From an uncultured delta proteobacterium (GTDB taxonomy: Bacteria > Desulfobacterota > Binatia > UBA9968), in assembly GCA_963804165.1 (NCBI GenBank), contig CAWDPO010000040.1, forward strand, positions 1-64,000: 64,000 nucleotides of DNA. Direction: 5' to 3'. The position numbers and the translations under genes are program-made. Numbering within the stretch: the first letter of the stretch is position 1; every line of letters begins with the position of its first letter. Below, in pieces: positions 32,070-43,423 of this stretch. Under the pieces are notes generated by a model. That model was not told where the DNA came from. It saw nothing but the letters and a program-made list of their open reading frames with translations, and did no database searches.

Positions 32070-33061
32070 AGACGAGAATCAGCCCGACCGTTATCGGCTT
32101 GTTTGTCATTGGGGGCCTGGCCGTACTAGTCGTGGCGGTGGTGGGTCTGGGATCGGGCAGGTGGTTCCGAAAACCATACGAGTTCGTGCTGTACTTTCAG
32201 GGCTCGGTGAACGGGCTCAATGTAGGTGCTCCTGTCAAGTACAAGGGCGTGGAAATCGGTTCGGTCACCGATATCCTGCTGCAAGTGGACCAAGTAGAAG
32301 TCGATCGGATTCCCGTCATCATTGAGCTCGATGCAAAAAAGATTGCAGGTAGGGGATTGAAAGCCAACTTGTTAGGTGATCCAAGCGCATTACAAACGGT
32401 CATTGATCAGGGTCTGCGCGGGCAATTGCGCATGGAGAGTTTCGTCACCGGCGTGCTTTACGTGGCACTTGACCACTATCCGGAAACCTCTGCGCGTTTG
32501 GTCCAGCCGGAAGGTTCCCGGTATCGCGAGATCCCGACCCTTCCGACGGAGTTGGAACAAGCGCAAGATCAAGTCAGGGAGGTTTTCACCAAGCTCGCGA
32601 AGATCGATTTCAACGCGGTGACTCTCGCCATGACCCGCGCATTTGAAGGAGTTGATCGACTCACGAATTCACCCGCGCTGAACGCCTCGCTCCGGTCGCT
32701 CGAGCACGTGATGCCGAAGGTTGATGAGGCGGTCGTGAATATCCGGCGGCTGGCCGTGACGCTCGACAAGAACGCCAGCGATCTTTCGGCCGATCTTCAA
32801 CAGACTTCGGCCGCCACCCGCACAGCGCTCGCGCAAATCGAGATTGCAATAAAGCAAGTGGGCATAACGATGAAGGAAGCAGAGGGGACCATGATCAGTG
32901 CGCGGGCCGCCATTGATCCGGACTCTCCCTTTGCGTACGAGCTCACAAAAAGCTTGCGCGAAATCTCCGGCGCGGCCCGGTCGCTGCGACTGTTGGCCGG
33001 CTATTTGGAACGCAACCCTAGAGCGCTTATTTTCGGCAAGCCAGAAACGAGCAAGGATTGA
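32066..33061 (+). CDS. MCE-domain protein (MlaD/PqiB-like)
   Basis: SVNGLNVGAPVKYKGVEIGSV; C-terminal LERNPRALIFGK. Confidence 0.88.
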   Translation: MKTRISPTVIGLFVIGGLAVLVVAVVGLGSGRWFRKPYEFVLYFQGSVNGLNVGAPVKYKGVEIGSVTDILLQVDQVEVDRIPVIIELDAKKIAGRGLKANLLGDPSALQTVIDQGLRGQLRMESFVTGVLYVALDHYPETSARLVQPEGSRYREIPTLPTELEQAQDQVREVFTKLAKIDFNAVTLAMTRAFEGVDRLTNSPALNASLRSLEHVMPKVDEAVVNIRRLAVTLDKNASDLSADLQQTSAATRTALAQIEIAIKQVGITMKEAEGTMISARAAIDPDSPFAYELTKSLREISGAARSLRLLAGYLERNPRALIFGKPETSKD

Positions 33062-33690
33062 TGCACTCATTAAACAGGATCCTATTCTTTTTTGGGCTTG
33101 CCTATCTGTCGATCTCAGGCTGTATGAATTTTTCGCCCATGTCCGATCCCTCGCGGTTTTTTACGTTGACGTCTTTACCCCAAACCGAGCAATCGCAAGC
33201 GCGCGATCCGGATGAAGTAAACGGTCTAGCTCTCGGTATTGGCCCGATTCGATTCCCTGCCTACCTGGATCGGGAACAGATCGTTACGCGTGCCGCTCAA
33301 AACCGTCTTCATATTTCGGAAAACGATCGGTGGGCAGAACCCTTGGAAGAAAATTTTACCCGGGTTTTGTCGCGCAATCTCGGGATGCTCCTCGGCGGTG
33401 CCAGGGTCATCCGATATCCTTGGCACACTAGCCAACGGCCTACATATCAGATCCGGATGGAAGTGCTTCGTTTTGAATCGAACACACAAGAAGTCGAACT
33501 GGTGGCAGGCTGGGCCCTAACTGATCTGAGCAACAAAACGTCTCTGGTGTCCAAGGAATCCCGCATAGCACGGCAGACCGGGATAAAATCCATAGAAGCA
33601 TCGGTAGCCGCGTTGAGCGAGACATTGGGCGATCTCAGCCGGGAGATCGCGGATACTATCCTGGCGAGGTTCAGGCCGGACGATCGATGA
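33058..33690 (+). CDS. pqiC: PqiC-family lipoprotein
   Basis: Lipobox ISGC; PAYLDREQIV and RWAEPL. Confidence 0.85.
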   Translation: MMHSLNRILFFFGLAYLSISGCMNFSPMSDPSRFFTLTSLPQTEQSQARDPDEVNGLALGIGPIRFPAYLDREQIVTRAAQNRLHISENDRWAEPLEENFTRVLSRNLGMLLGGARVIRYPWHTSQRPTYQIRMEVLRFESNTQEVELVAGWALTDLSNKTSLVSKESRIARQTGIKSIEASVAALSETLGDLSREIADTILARFRPDDR

Positions 33691-33742
33691 CGCCTCGCCC
33701 GTCGACTGGCTACGGTTTAGTTTCCTTCTCCGGCCAAACAAA

Positions 33743-33840
33743 TCACTTTTCACGAAACTCGTAAATTTACGAGTGGCTCGACACCGCACGCTTACGGAAT
33801 CGTCGATATCTCAACCGGTTCCGATTGGCATTTGCATTGC
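33743..33840 (+). promoter_or_regulatory. Sigma54 promoter module 4, heading the glycogen/phosphoketolase cluster
   Basis: Perfect palindrome at 33757-33774; TGGCAT-TTGCA-TTGC at 33826-33840. Confidence 0.85.
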
Positions 33841-33862
33841 GCAAGTAAGAGGAGGAGCCGCA

Positions 33863-34390
33863 ATGCGCAACGCGAGATCATTTTTCATAGTTCTATTTTT
33901 GGCCGGCAGTTTCGCGGGCGCATGGCCGGCCATCGCAGCCGAAGTTACTTCGCCGCCGTCGGTCACGAGCAATCCAGTTAACGTTGTGCGGCAAGTTGCG
34001 ATTGCGCTCGCGGCAGCGAGAGACGCTATAGAGGATCTCCGCGGCCCGGCGATTGAGGATTCTAACCTGGACCGGCTCAAGCTTCCCACGCCCGGAATGG
34101 ATTGCGGCATTGCTCGATCCTTGCTCTATGTCGCATGCCACAGCGCTAGGCTTAACAAAAATGAAGCCGAGGCTATGTTCGCCCGAATCATTGATGATGT
34201 GCAGACTGCCTTGCCGTCCGACAGCTGGACACCGGTTGAAGCCGTACCGCACGGTGATTTGATCCGGATTAGAAGTTATTACCATCTGAAGTCCGGCGCC
34301 AAAATCGACATTGACTTGGTGGCTCATCAGCCGGGATGGGCGGCACAACCTCTGTACTGGCTCAGGGTTTACGGGTGGAAAAGGTTTTAA
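33863..34390 (+). CDS. Secreted hypothetical protein (intact copy)
   Basis: RBS GGAGGAG, signal peptide ending AIA, two Cys. Confidence 0.75.
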   Translation: MRNARSFFIVLFLAGSFAGAWPAIAAEVTSPPSVTSNPVNVVRQVAIALAAARDAIEDLRGPAIEDSNLDRLKLPTPGMDCGIARSLLYVACHSARLNKNEAEAMFARIIDDVQTALPSDSWTPVEAVPHGDLIRIRSYYHLKSGAKIDIDLVAHQPGWAAQPLYWLRVYGWKRF

Positions 34391-34789
34391 ACAGCGACTC
34401 ACACTACGAAAACGCAACTCTTGCCAGGCTTGTATGGAGAACCTTTGCGTTTGTGAGTACAGAGGGGAGCAATGACTATCTATACCTTGACTCGTTGTTT
34501 TGTCGTTGATTTTCGTTGGTTGCCAGCACTTCGAATCCAGACACTCGACATCCACGGGGACCGGGGTGATCTGCAAGCCCCAGTGCAGCGAGCAACAAAT
34601 AAACGAGCTGGCGGAGCCGATATTCTGACGCGCCAGACTGGCTGTCAAGCTGTCAGCTAGTCACAGCATTTTTAGGTAAGAGTTAACATTCGGCGATTCA
34701 GTCAAACCCGTTCGACCTAGCTGAGCGCGGCGACAAGATCTTGCCGGTAACAGTAAACAGCGGAACAGCAAGTTAGAAAGGAGCACGCG

Positions 34790-37303
34790 GTGAAAGCACA
34801 AAACCACAAAAGCTCCCGGTTCGCGGGACTGACGGAATCGGAACTGGCCAAGCTGATTCAACAGTATGGTTGCGGCCCTGTGCGGTTTACGGGAACCGAC
34901 GAGGCGCTTTACGAACGCCATCTCATCTTCGACAATGTCATGGACATGACCGCCATCGGCGTTCGCGAACGCTTCGAGGCGATCGCTCACTCCGTGCGCG
35001 ATGTATTGTCGCAGCGCTGGATCCATACGGAAAAGACCTATGAGCATCAAAATGCCAAGCGCGTTTACTATCTCTCGATGGAATTTCTCATCGGCCGCTC
35101 ACTTTCCAACAACGCTACGAATCTTCTTCTCGATCCGGTGGCGAAAGCAGCCATAAAAGAAAAGAACCTCGACTGGTTCGAGTTGCTGGAACAGGAGCCG
35201 GATGCCGGTCTGGGCAACGGAGGTCTCGGACGTCTTGCGGCTTGTTTTCTCGATTCCATGGCAACGATGGAAATTCCGGCCATGGGTTATGGCCTGCGCT
35301 ACGAATACGGCATGTTTAAACAATCCATCCAGGACGGCTGGCAGCGCGAACTGCCGGACAACTGGCTTCGGCGACCCGACCCGTGGGAAGTCGCGCGTCC
35401 GAACGAAACGGTGGATGTAAATCTTAACTGCTCGTTCGAAGTGCGCGGCGGCGCTTTGCATCCGGTTCCCGGTCGTCCATTACGGCTCATCGGTGTTCCC
35501 TTCGATCGCCCCGTCGTCGGCTATGGCGGGAAGACCATCAATACGCTGCGGCTCTGGGCCGCCGCGGCACAGGACTACTTCGACTTCCAGGAATTCAGCA
35601 GCGGTGATTTCGTCGGCGCTTTGGCGGAAACCCTCGGCGCCGAATCACTGACCCGGGTGCTCTACCCCGACGACCACACAACCATGGGGCAGGGCTTGCG
35701 TTTTATTCAGGAATACTTTCTGGTTGCGTGCTCCCTCGCGGACCTCGTGCGCCGTTTTCGCGTGGCCAACTCCGACTGGCACACATTCCCGGACAAAGTC
35801 GCCATCCAGCTCAATGACACGCACCCGACAATCGCTGTGCCCGAGCTGATGCGGATTTTGCTCGACGAGGTTCATCTCGGTTGGGAGGACGCGTGGGTGA
35901 TTACAGTGAAGACACTAGCGTACACCAACCACACGTTGCTGCCCGAAGCTCTGGAGAAATGGCCGGTCGAATGGTTCCGGATCTTGCTGCCGCGTCATCT
36001 CGAGATCATCGAGGAGATCAATCGGCGCTTGCTCGATGACACGCGAGCGAGATTTCCGGGCGATGAAGGTCGGCTACAGCGTGTGAGCCTCATCGAGGAA
36101 GGCGCGGAACGGAAGGTGCGGATGGCCAATGTGGCCATCGCCGGTTCGCACAGCACAAACGGCGTCGCGGCAATTCATTCACAGTTGCTGAAGACAACAA
36201 CAGTCAGAGACTTGGCCGAAATGTTTCCGGAGCGTTTCAACAATAAAACCAACGGCGTCACCCCGCGCCGCTGGCTGTTGATGTCGAACGCCGCTCTCTC
36301 AAAAACCATTACCGAGGCGATCGGTGATGGTTGGATCAAGGATCTCAACCAATTGAAGCATCTGAAAGCCATGGCCGATGATCCCGGTCTTCATGAGGCG
36401 GTCCTCAAGGCGAAACGCGAAGCCAAATCGCAGTTCGCCAATTGGCTCGACCGCACCATCGGCCTGCGCCTGAATCCTGACAGCATCTTCGATTCACAGA
36501 TCAAGCGCATCCATGAATACAAGCGGCAAATGCTCAATGCACTGCGCATCGTCGCGCTTTACAATCGGCTGCGCGAAAATCCACAGATGGATATGACGCC
36601 GCGAGTTTTCTTCTTTTCAGGGAAAGCCGCGGCCGCGTACCATCTGGCTAAACTCATCATCAAGTTCATTAACAATCTTGCCGGCGTGATTGATGCCGAT
36701 CCTCACGTCCGCGGGCGCTTAAAGGTTCTGTTCCTGCCGGATTATTGCGTTTCACTGGCCGAGCGGCTGATCCCCGCGAGCGATGTATCTAACCAGATCT
36801 CGACAGCCGGTTACGAAGCCAGCGGCACGAGCAACATGAAGCTCATGATGAACGGCGCGCTCACGATCGGCACCCGCGATGGCGCAACCATCGAGATGGC
36901 GGAAGAAGCCGGCGAAGAAAACTTTTTCCTGTTCGGGCTGACGGCGGAGCAGGTGGCCGGCTGCCGCGGTTGGTACAACCCGCAATGGCACTATGACAAC
37001 GAGCCGGAAACCCGCGCTGCGCTGGACCTGATTTTTTCCAACCACTTCAGCCGTAACGAACCGGGTGTGTTCGAGCCGCTGCGCGATGCTTTGCTGACGC
37101 ACGGCGATTATTACATGCATCTGGCGGATCTGAAGTCGTACCTGGAAGCGGATGGACGCTTGTGCCAGCTTTACGCCGACTCCGCGGGATGGGCGCGGAA
37201 AGCGATTTTGAATATCGCCGGATCGGGAAAATTCTCCAGCGACCGGACGATTGCCGAATATGCCGCAGACATCTGGAACGTGAAGCCCTGTCCGGTGGAG
37301 TGA
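34790..37303 (+). CDS. glgP: Glycogen phosphorylase
   Basis: [38 protein letters not shown]. Confidence 0.97.
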   Translation: MKAQNHKSSRFAGLTESELAKLIQQYGCGPVRFTGTDEALYERHLIFDNVMDMTAIGVRERFEAIAHSVRDVLSQRWIHTEKTYEHQNAKRVYYLSMEFLIGRSLSNNATNLLLDPVAKAAIKEKNLDWFELLEQEPDAGLGNGGLGRLAACFLDSMATMEIPAMGYGLRYEYGMFKQSIQDGWQRELPDNWLRRPDPWEVARPNETVDVNLNCSFEVRGGALHPVPGRPLRLIGVPFDRPVVGYGGKTINTLRLWAAAAQDYFDFQEFSSGDFVGALAETLGAESLTRVLYPDDHTTMGQGLRFIQEYFLVACSLADLVRRFRVANSDWHTFPDKVAIQLNDTHPTIAVPELMRILLDEVHLGWEDAWVITVKTLAYTNHTLLPEALEKWPVEWFRILLPRHLEIIEEINRRLLDDTRARFPGDEGRLQRVSLIEEGAERKVRMANVAIAGSHSTNGVAAIHSQLLKTTTVRDLAEMFPERFNNKTNGVTPRRWLLMSNAALSKTITEAIGDGWIKDLNQLKHLKAMADDPGLHEAVLKAKREAKSQFANWLDRTIGLRLNPDSIFDSQIKRIHEYKRQMLNALRIVALYNRLRENPQMDMTPRVFFFSGKAAAAYHLAKLIIKFINNLAGVIDADPHVRGRLKVLFLPDYCVSLAERLIPASDVSNQISTAGYEASGTSNMKLMMNGALTIGTRDGATIEMAEEAGEENFFLFGLTAEQVAGCRGWYNPQWHYDNEPETRAALDLIFSNHFSRNEPGVFEPLRDALLTHGDYYMHLADLKSYLEADGRLCQLYADSAGWARKAILNIAGSGKFSSDRTIAEYAADIWNVKPCPVE

Positions 37304-37358
37304 AAGGGGCAAGAGCTTCCAGCGGACGGAGAAGGCGTTACAGAACCGAGGTGATTCA

Positions 37359-39011
37359 ATGACGATCCATGCGCTTGCGGGTAAGCCCGCGCCCGAGGAG
37401 CTTCTGGTCGATATAGACAAGCTGCGAAAGGAATACTACACGCGCAAGCCGGACATAACCAACAGCGCAGAGCGGGTTAGTTTTGGCACCAGCGGTCACC
37501 GCGGCTCGTCACTTCGCGGCGGGTTCAATGAGGCACACGTTTTGGCGATCACGCAGGCGATCTGCGAATACCGCAGTCAGCAAGGCATCACCGGCCCGCT
37601 GTACATCGGCAAAGATACGCACGCGCTATCCGGTCCGGCGTTCATGACGGTCTTGGAAGTGCTCGCGGCAAACGGTGTTGAGACCATGGTCGATCGCGTT
37701 GACGGCTATACGCCTACGCCCGTGATCTCTCATGCCATTCTTTCTTATAACCGGGGCCGAACCTCGGGTCTGGCGGACGGTATAGTAATTACGCCGTCGC
37801 ACAATCCGCCGGAAGACGGCGGTTTCAAATACAACCCACCGCATGGTGGACCGGCGGATACAGATGTAACACGTTGGATCGAAGATAAAGCCAACCTGCT
37901 CCTTTCGGGCGAGCTCAAGAGCGTGGCGAGAATCGCTTACGAAAGAGCTCGCCGCGCCGCCACAACCCACAATTATGATTATGTCGGCTCGTACGTACGC
38001 GACCTGGGTTCGGTGGTGGACATGGAACTTATCCAAAGCGCCAAGCTCAAGATCGGCGTCGATCCGCTGGGCGGCGCCAACGTCGCGTACTGGCGCCCCA
38101 TTGCGGAACGTTACGGAGTTGAGGTGGATGTGGTGAACACCACGGTGGACCCGACCTTCCGCTTCATGTCCTTGGATTGGGACGGCAAAATCCGCATGGA
38201 CTGTTCCTCTCCCCATGCCATGGCTAAGCTCATCGGACTCAAAGACAGCTTCGACATCGCCTTCGGCAACGATACCGACAGCGACCGGCACGGCATCGTC
38301 ACTCGTGGCGCAGGCCTGATGAATCCCAATCATTACCTCGCGACGGCGATTTTTTATCTCTTCACCCATCGTCCAGGCTGGCGCCCGGATGCGGCGATCG
38401 GCAAGACCGTAGTCAGCAGCAGCATCATCGATCGCGTGGCTTCTAAAATCGGTCGCGTTCTCGTCGAAGTGCCGGTGGGATTCAAGTGGTTCGTGTCCGG
38501 CCTGCTCGACGGATCGCTGGGCTTTGGCGGCGAAGAAAGCGCGGGCGCCTCATTTCTCCGGCGCGACGGAACGGTGTGGGTGACCGAGAAGGACGGCATC
38601 ATCATGGATCTGCTCGCGGTCGAGATCATGGCTAAGACCGGTCGCGATCCGTCCGAGATTTACCATGAGCTTACGCGCGAGCTCGGCGCGCCGGTTTACG
38701 AGCGCATCGATGCACCGGCGACGGCGGAACAAAAGGCGGTTCTCCTAAAGCTTTCGCCGGAACATGTTAAAGCCTCCGAGCTTGTCGGTGACCCGATTCA
38801 AGCGATGCTCACGAGCGCGCCGGGCAACGGCGCGGCTATTGGCGGCCTCAAGGTTGTCACCGCGCAGGGGTGGTTCGCGGCGCGTCCGTCTGGCACAGAA
38901 GAGGTCTACAAGCTTTACGCGGAAAGCTTTCGCGGGAGCGACCACCTGCGCCGCATCCAGGAGGAGGCACAAGCGCTCATCAGCAAGGCGCTGGCAGGAG
39001 TCATGGGATGA
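37359..39011 (+). CDS. pgm: Phosphoglucomutase
   Basis: [28 protein letters not shown]. Confidence 0.96.
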   Translation: MTIHALAGKPAPEELLVDIDKLRKEYYTRKPDITNSAERVSFGTSGHRGSSLRGGFNEAHVLAITQAICEYRSQQGITGPLYIGKDTHALSGPAFMTVLEVLAANGVETMVDRVDGYTPTPVISHAILSYNRGRTSGLADGIVITPSHNPPEDGGFKYNPPHGGPADTDVTRWIEDKANLLLSGELKSVARIAYERARRAATTHNYDYVGSYVRDLGSVVDMELIQSAKLKIGVDPLGGANVAYWRPIAERYGVEVDVVNTTVDPTFRFMSLDWDGKIRMDCSSPHAMAKLIGLKDSFDIAFGNDTDSDRHGIVTRGAGLMNPNHYLATAIFYLFTHRPGWRPDAAIGKTVVSSSIIDRVASKIGRVLVEVPVGFKWFVSGLLDGSLGFGGEESAGASFLRRDGTVWVTEKDGIIMDLLAVEIMAKTGRDPSEIYHELTRELGAPVYERIDAPATAEQKAVLLKLSPEHVKASELVGDPIQAMLTSAPGNGAAIGGLKVVTAQGWFAARPSGTEEVYKLYAESFRGSDHLRRIQEEAQALISKALAGVMG

Positions 39012-39084
39012 AGCAGGAAGCGTCTGTCACGACAGCACTGCTCCGCAAAATCTCGGTTATACCGAATGGACGTGAGTCACGGAG

Positions 39085-39669
39085 ATGAATATGCCGATCC
39101 AGGAAGTTTATCTCATCCGGCACGGCGAGACGGAGTGGAGTTTGAATGGGCGGCACACTGGCACGACCGACATCCCGCTTACGGAGAACGGCCGGAGGGT
39201 GGCGAAACTTCTGGCGGCGGCGTTGGCCAAGGAAAAATTCGTGCTGGTGTTGACGAGTCCGCTGAAGCGAGCGCGGGAAACTTGCGAGCTGGCCGGTTTC
39301 GGCGCGCGCGCCGAGATCGACCGCGATCTGATGGAATGGAATTACGGCGCATACGAGGGGCTGACGCCCGAGGAGATCCACGCGCAGGCGCGCGGATGGA
39401 TGATTTTCACCGACGGCTGTCCAGGAGGGGAAAGTCCCGCTCAAGTCAGCGCGCGGGCCGATCGGCTGGTCGTGCGAGTCCGCTCGGTGGAGGGAGATGT
39501 CGCCCTTTTCGCCCACGGACATCTTTTCAGAACTCTTGCGGCCCGATGGCTCGGACTTCCCGCGGCGGCCGGAAGTCATTTCCTTCTCGATACGGCGACG
39601 CTGAACGTCCTGAGCTACTACCGAGATGTCCCAGCGCTCAAGCGCTGGAACGCTATGCTCACGTCGTAG
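39085..39669 (+). CDS. Histidine phosphatase (Shb17-like sugar bisphosphatase candidate)
   Basis: RHGETEWS...TG.TD.PLT, EWNYGAYEG, FAHGH. Confidence 0.85.
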   Translation: MNMPIQEVYLIRHGETEWSLNGRHTGTTDIPLTENGRRVAKLLAAALAKEKFVLVLTSPLKRARETCELAGFGARAEIDRDLMEWNYGAYEGLTPEEIHAQARGWMIFTDGCPGGESPAQVSARADRLVVRVRSVEGDVALFAHGHLFRTLAARWLGLPAAAGSHFLLDTATLNVLSYYRDVPALKRWNAMLTS

Positions 39670-39733
39670 GACGAACGTGGAGCGGTACGCACCACGAATA
39701 TGTGACAGCGAATAAACAGTAGGAGGAAACAAT

Positions 39734-40762
39734 ATGGCAACCGATTTAGAAAATACCGCGCGGCTGCTCGTCGCCGGCGCGAAAGGCATATTGGCGGCCG
39801 ACGAGACTCCAGGGACCCTGACAAGACGCCTCGACGCTCTCAAGATCGAATCGACGCCGGATAGCCGGCGAGCCTACCGCGAGATGTTCTTCGCCACACC
39901 CGCGATTGGCGAATTCATCAGCGGCGTCATCATGCAAGATGAGACGATCCGCCAAAAAAGCTCGACCGGAATATCGCTAGCCGATCTGCTGGCGCAGCAG
40001 GGCATCATCCCCGGCATCAAAGTCGATAACGGCGCAAAACCGCTCGCCGGCTCGCCGGGAGAAAACATTACTGAAGGACTCGACGGCCTACGCGAGCGCC
40101 TCAAGGAGTATCGAGACATGGGCGCGCGCTTCGCGAAATGGCGTGCGGTGATCGCTGTAAGCGATACGCTGCCGAGCGCGACCTGCGTGGATGTGAACGC
40201 GCACGCGCTCGCTCGATATGCCGCCCTTTGCCAGGAGCAGGGCATGGTGCCCATCGTCGAGCCCGAGGTGTTGATGGACGGAGCGCACACGATCGAGCGT
40301 TGCGAAGAAGTGACGGGCCATGTCTTGCACGAGGTTTTGAACGCGCTTTTTGATCAGAAGGTCTCTCTCGAAGGTATGTTGCTCAAACCCAACATGGTCA
40401 TCTCAGGTATAAAGTGCACCAGACAAGCTCCCGTCAAAGAAGTCGCACTCGCCACTGTGCGCTGTCTACGCCGGCATGCGCCGGCCGCGGTTCCCGGGAT
40501 CGTCTTCTTGTCAGGCGGCCAAAACCATCTCGTCGCCACCGCGCATCTCAGCGCCATCAATCAGATCGAGGAACCAAGGCCCTGGACGCTCAGTTTTTCG
40601 TATGGGCGCGCATTACAGGACGAAGCGCTCAGGGCTTGGCGTGGAAAGAGCGAAAATCTGAAAGCTGGCCAGCGAGCTTTTTATCATCGGGCCAAGTGCG
40701 ACAGCGCAGCCGCCCTGGGCAAATACACCGAGTCCATGGAAAGCGAGCCAGCGGCAGCTTGA
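39734..40762 (+). CDS. fba: Class I fructose-bisphosphate aldolase (eukaryote-like type)
   Basis: KGILAADE, FAKWRAV, PIVEPEV, LLKPNMV, FSYGRALQ. Confidence 0.93.
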   Translation: MATDLENTARLLVAGAKGILAADETPGTLTRRLDALKIESTPDSRRAYREMFFATPAIGEFISGVIMQDETIRQKSSTGISLADLLAQQGIIPGIKVDNGAKPLAGSPGENITEGLDGLRERLKEYRDMGARFAKWRAVIAVSDTLPSATCVDVNAHALARYAALCQEQGMVPIVEPEVLMDGAHTIERCEEVTGHVLHEVLNALFDQKVSLEGMLLKPNMVISGIKCTRQAPVKEVALATVRCLRRHAPAAVPGIVFLSGGQNHLVATAHLSAINQIEEPRPWTLSFSYGRALQDEALRAWRGKSENLKAGQRAFYHRAKCDSAAALGKYTESMESEPAAA

Positions 40763-40870
40763 AGCCAGATAAACCAAGGAGGAGGACACAAAGAAGCACG
40801 AAGGAAAGAATTAGAAAGAAATAAGTGGCGGCAATGCCACAAACCGACGTCAGGAAGAAGGAGTTTTACC

Positions 40871-43318
40871 ATGAACGAACGAACACACGAAATCGAACGT
40901 TATGCCAGGCCAGCCACAGGGCAACCTGAAGCACAAAAAACGAAGGATGCAAGGCGAAATCCATTAAGCGACAAAGAACTGGATCTGATGAACGCCTACT
41001 GGCGGGCGTGCAACTACCTTTCTGTGGGGATGATCTATTTGAAAGACAATCCGCTGCTCAAGGAGCCGCTGAAGAGCGAGGACGTGAAGCACCGGCTGCT
41101 CGGCCATTGGGGCGCGAGCCCGGCACTGTCTTTCGTCTGGCTGCACTGCAACCGGATGATCGTCAAGTATGATCTCGACATGATTTTCGTCGCCGGACCA
41201 GGCCATGGTGCGCCTGGTGTGTTAGGTCCGGCATATCTCGAAGGAACGTACTCGGAAATTTATCCGGACAAGAGCGAAGACGCCGAAGGCATGCAAAAGT
41301 TTTTCAAGCAGTTCTCCTTTCCCGGACACATCGGCAGTCACGTCACGCCGGAAACGCCCGGCTCGATTCACGAAGGCGGAGAGCTCGGCTACAGCCTCTC
41401 GCATGCCTACGGGATGGCGCTCGACAATCCTGATCTCATTGTCGCATGCGTCGTGGGTGACGGCGAGGCGGAGACCGGGCCGCTCGCGACCGCCTGGCAT
41501 TCCAACAAGTTCATCAACCCCGTGCGCGATGGCGCGGTGCTGCCGATCCTGAACTTGAACGGCTACAAGATCGCCAATCCAACCATCCTTTCGCGGATCA
41601 GCCACGAGGAGCTGGAGGCACTGTTTGTCGGCTACGGCTACAAGCCTTATTTCGTGGAAGGAAGCGATCCGACGGAGATGCATCAGAAGATGGCCGCCAC
41701 TTTGGAAGAGGCCATTGGCGAGATACGCGCACAGCAGAAGGCCGCACGCGAGTCGAACAACCCCTTCCGGCCGCGCTGGCCGATGATCGTGCTCCGATCA
41801 CCCAAAGGTTGGACCGGACCGAAGGAGATCAGGGGACACAAGGTAGAGGGCTTCTGGCGCTCGCATCAGGTGCCATTTGCCGATGTCCGCGACAATCCGG
41901 CGAACCTGAAACTTCTGCAAGATTGGATGCGGAGCTACAAGCCCGAAGAGCTGTTCGATGCAAACGGCAAGCTCATTGCGGAACTCAAGGCGCTCGCGCC
42001 CAAGGGCAATCGCCGCATGAGCGCCAACCCGCACACCAACGGCGGGCTCCTGCGCAAAGAACTCAAGCTTCCCGATTTCCGCAATTACGCCGTCGAGGTT
42101 CCGACCCGCGGCACGATCGAATACGAGAATACCAAACCACTCGGCGAATTCCTACGCGACGTGATGAAACAGAACATGACCAGCTTTCGCGTCTTCGGCC
42201 CGGATGAGACCGCCTCGAACAGGCTCCAGGACATTTACAAAGCCAGCAAGAAAACCTGGATGGCCGACCTTCTGCCGGAGGACGATGATGGCGGCGAGCT
42301 GGCGCGTGACGGGCGCGTCATGGAGATGCTTTCCGAGCATACGCTCATCGGCTGGCTGGAGGGATATCTGCTGACAGGGCGGCATGGTTTTTTTCACACC
42401 TATGAAGCCTTCGCTCACGTTATCGATTCGATGATCAACCAGCACGCTAAGTGGCTGGACATCTGTAAGAACCATGTGCCGTGGCGCGCTTCGGTCGCAT
42501 CAGAGAACATTCTGCTGTCGTCCACCGTCTGGCGTCAGGACCACAATGGTTTTTCCCATCAGGACCCCGGTTTTATCGATCTGGTCACAAACAAGAGCTC
42601 GAGTGTGACCCGCGTCTATTTGCCGCCGGATGCCAATACCCTGCTTTCTGTGGCGGACCACTGCCTGCGCTCGACCGACTACATCAACGTCATCGTGGCC
42701 GACAAACAAAAGCACCTGCAATTCACGACCATCGACGAGGCGGTCGTGCATTGCTCCAAGGGGATCGGCATATGGGCGCGGGCGAGCACGGATGCGGGCG
42801 AGGAGCCGGACGTGGTTTTGGCGTCCTGCGGCGACGTGGCGACCATGGAGGCATTGGCCGCTGCTGCAATTTTGCGCGAGCGGGCGCCGGATCTGAAGGT
42901 TCGATTCGTAAACGTCGTGGATCTGTTCAAGCTGCAGCCGGCCTCCGAGCATCCGCATGGTTCCACGGATCGCGAGTTCGACAGCCTGTTCACTACGGAC
43001 AAGCCGATCATCTTCAACTTCCACGGCTATCCGTGGCTTATCCACAAGCTCTCCTACCGCTTCACGGGACACGAAAATATGCACGTGCGCGGCTACAAAG
43101 AGAAGGGCAACATCAACACTCCGCTGGAACTGGCGATGTTGAACGAAACCTCCCGTTTTCACCTGGTCATCGACGTGATCGATCGGGTGCCGAAACTGCG
43201 CACGAAAGCCGCGCACTTAAAGGAGGAGATGAAGAACGCCATTATCGAGAACCTGCGCTACGCGCACGAACAGGGCACGGACCGGCCTGAGCTCATCAAC
43301 TGGACGTGGCCGTACTGA
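40871..43318 (+). CDS. xfp: Xylulose-5-P/fructose-6-P phosphoketolase
   Basis: [33 protein letters not shown]. Confidence 0.96.
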   Translation: MNERTHEIERYARPATGQPEAQKTKDARRNPLSDKELDLMNAYWRACNYLSVGMIYLKDNPLLKEPLKSEDVKHRLLGHWGASPALSFVWLHCNRMIVKYDLDMIFVAGPGHGAPGVLGPAYLEGTYSEIYPDKSEDAEGMQKFFKQFSFPGHIGSHVTPETPGSIHEGGELGYSLSHAYGMALDNPDLIVACVVGDGEAETGPLATAWHSNKFINPVRDGAVLPILNLNGYKIANPTILSRISHEELEALFVGYGYKPYFVEGSDPTEMHQKMAATLEEAIGEIRAQQKAARESNNPFRPRWPMIVLRSPKGWTGPKEIRGHKVEGFWRSHQVPFADVRDNPANLKLLQDWMRSYKPEELFDANGKLIAELKALAPKGNRRMSANPHTNGGLLRKELKLPDFRNYAVEVPTRGTIEYENTKPLGEFLRDVMKQNMTSFRVFGPDETASNRLQDIYKASKKTWMADLLPEDDDGGELARDGRVMEMLSEHTLIGWLEGYLLTGRHGFFHTYEAFAHVIDSMINQHAKWLDICKNHVPWRASVASENILLSSTVWRQDHNGFSHQDPGFIDLVTNKSSSVTRVYLPPDANTLLSVADHCLRSTDYINVIVADKQKHLQFTTIDEAVVHCSKGIGIWARASTDAGEEPDVVLASCGDVATMEALAAAAILRERAPDLKVRFVNVVDLFKLQPASEHPHGSTDREFDSLFTTDKPIIFNFHGYPWLIHKLSYRFTGHENMHVRGYKEKGNINTPLELAMLNETSRFHLVIDVIDRVPKLRTKAAHLKEEMKNAIIENLRYAHEQGTDRPELINWTWPY

Positions 43319-43423
43319 AAGACAAGCGCGAAAACGGAAGTTCCCGTTGACAGTTCAGATTCAGGGTTTGGAACCGGCGCGTTTTTAACACCTGAAGGAA
43401 TCGATTTAGAAAGGTTGTGTACC

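Noticed and set aside
20975-33840. Recurring palindrome as a CRISPR repeat
   Set aside because: Copies are kilobases apart, each tied to a sigma54 box; no spacer array or cas genes.
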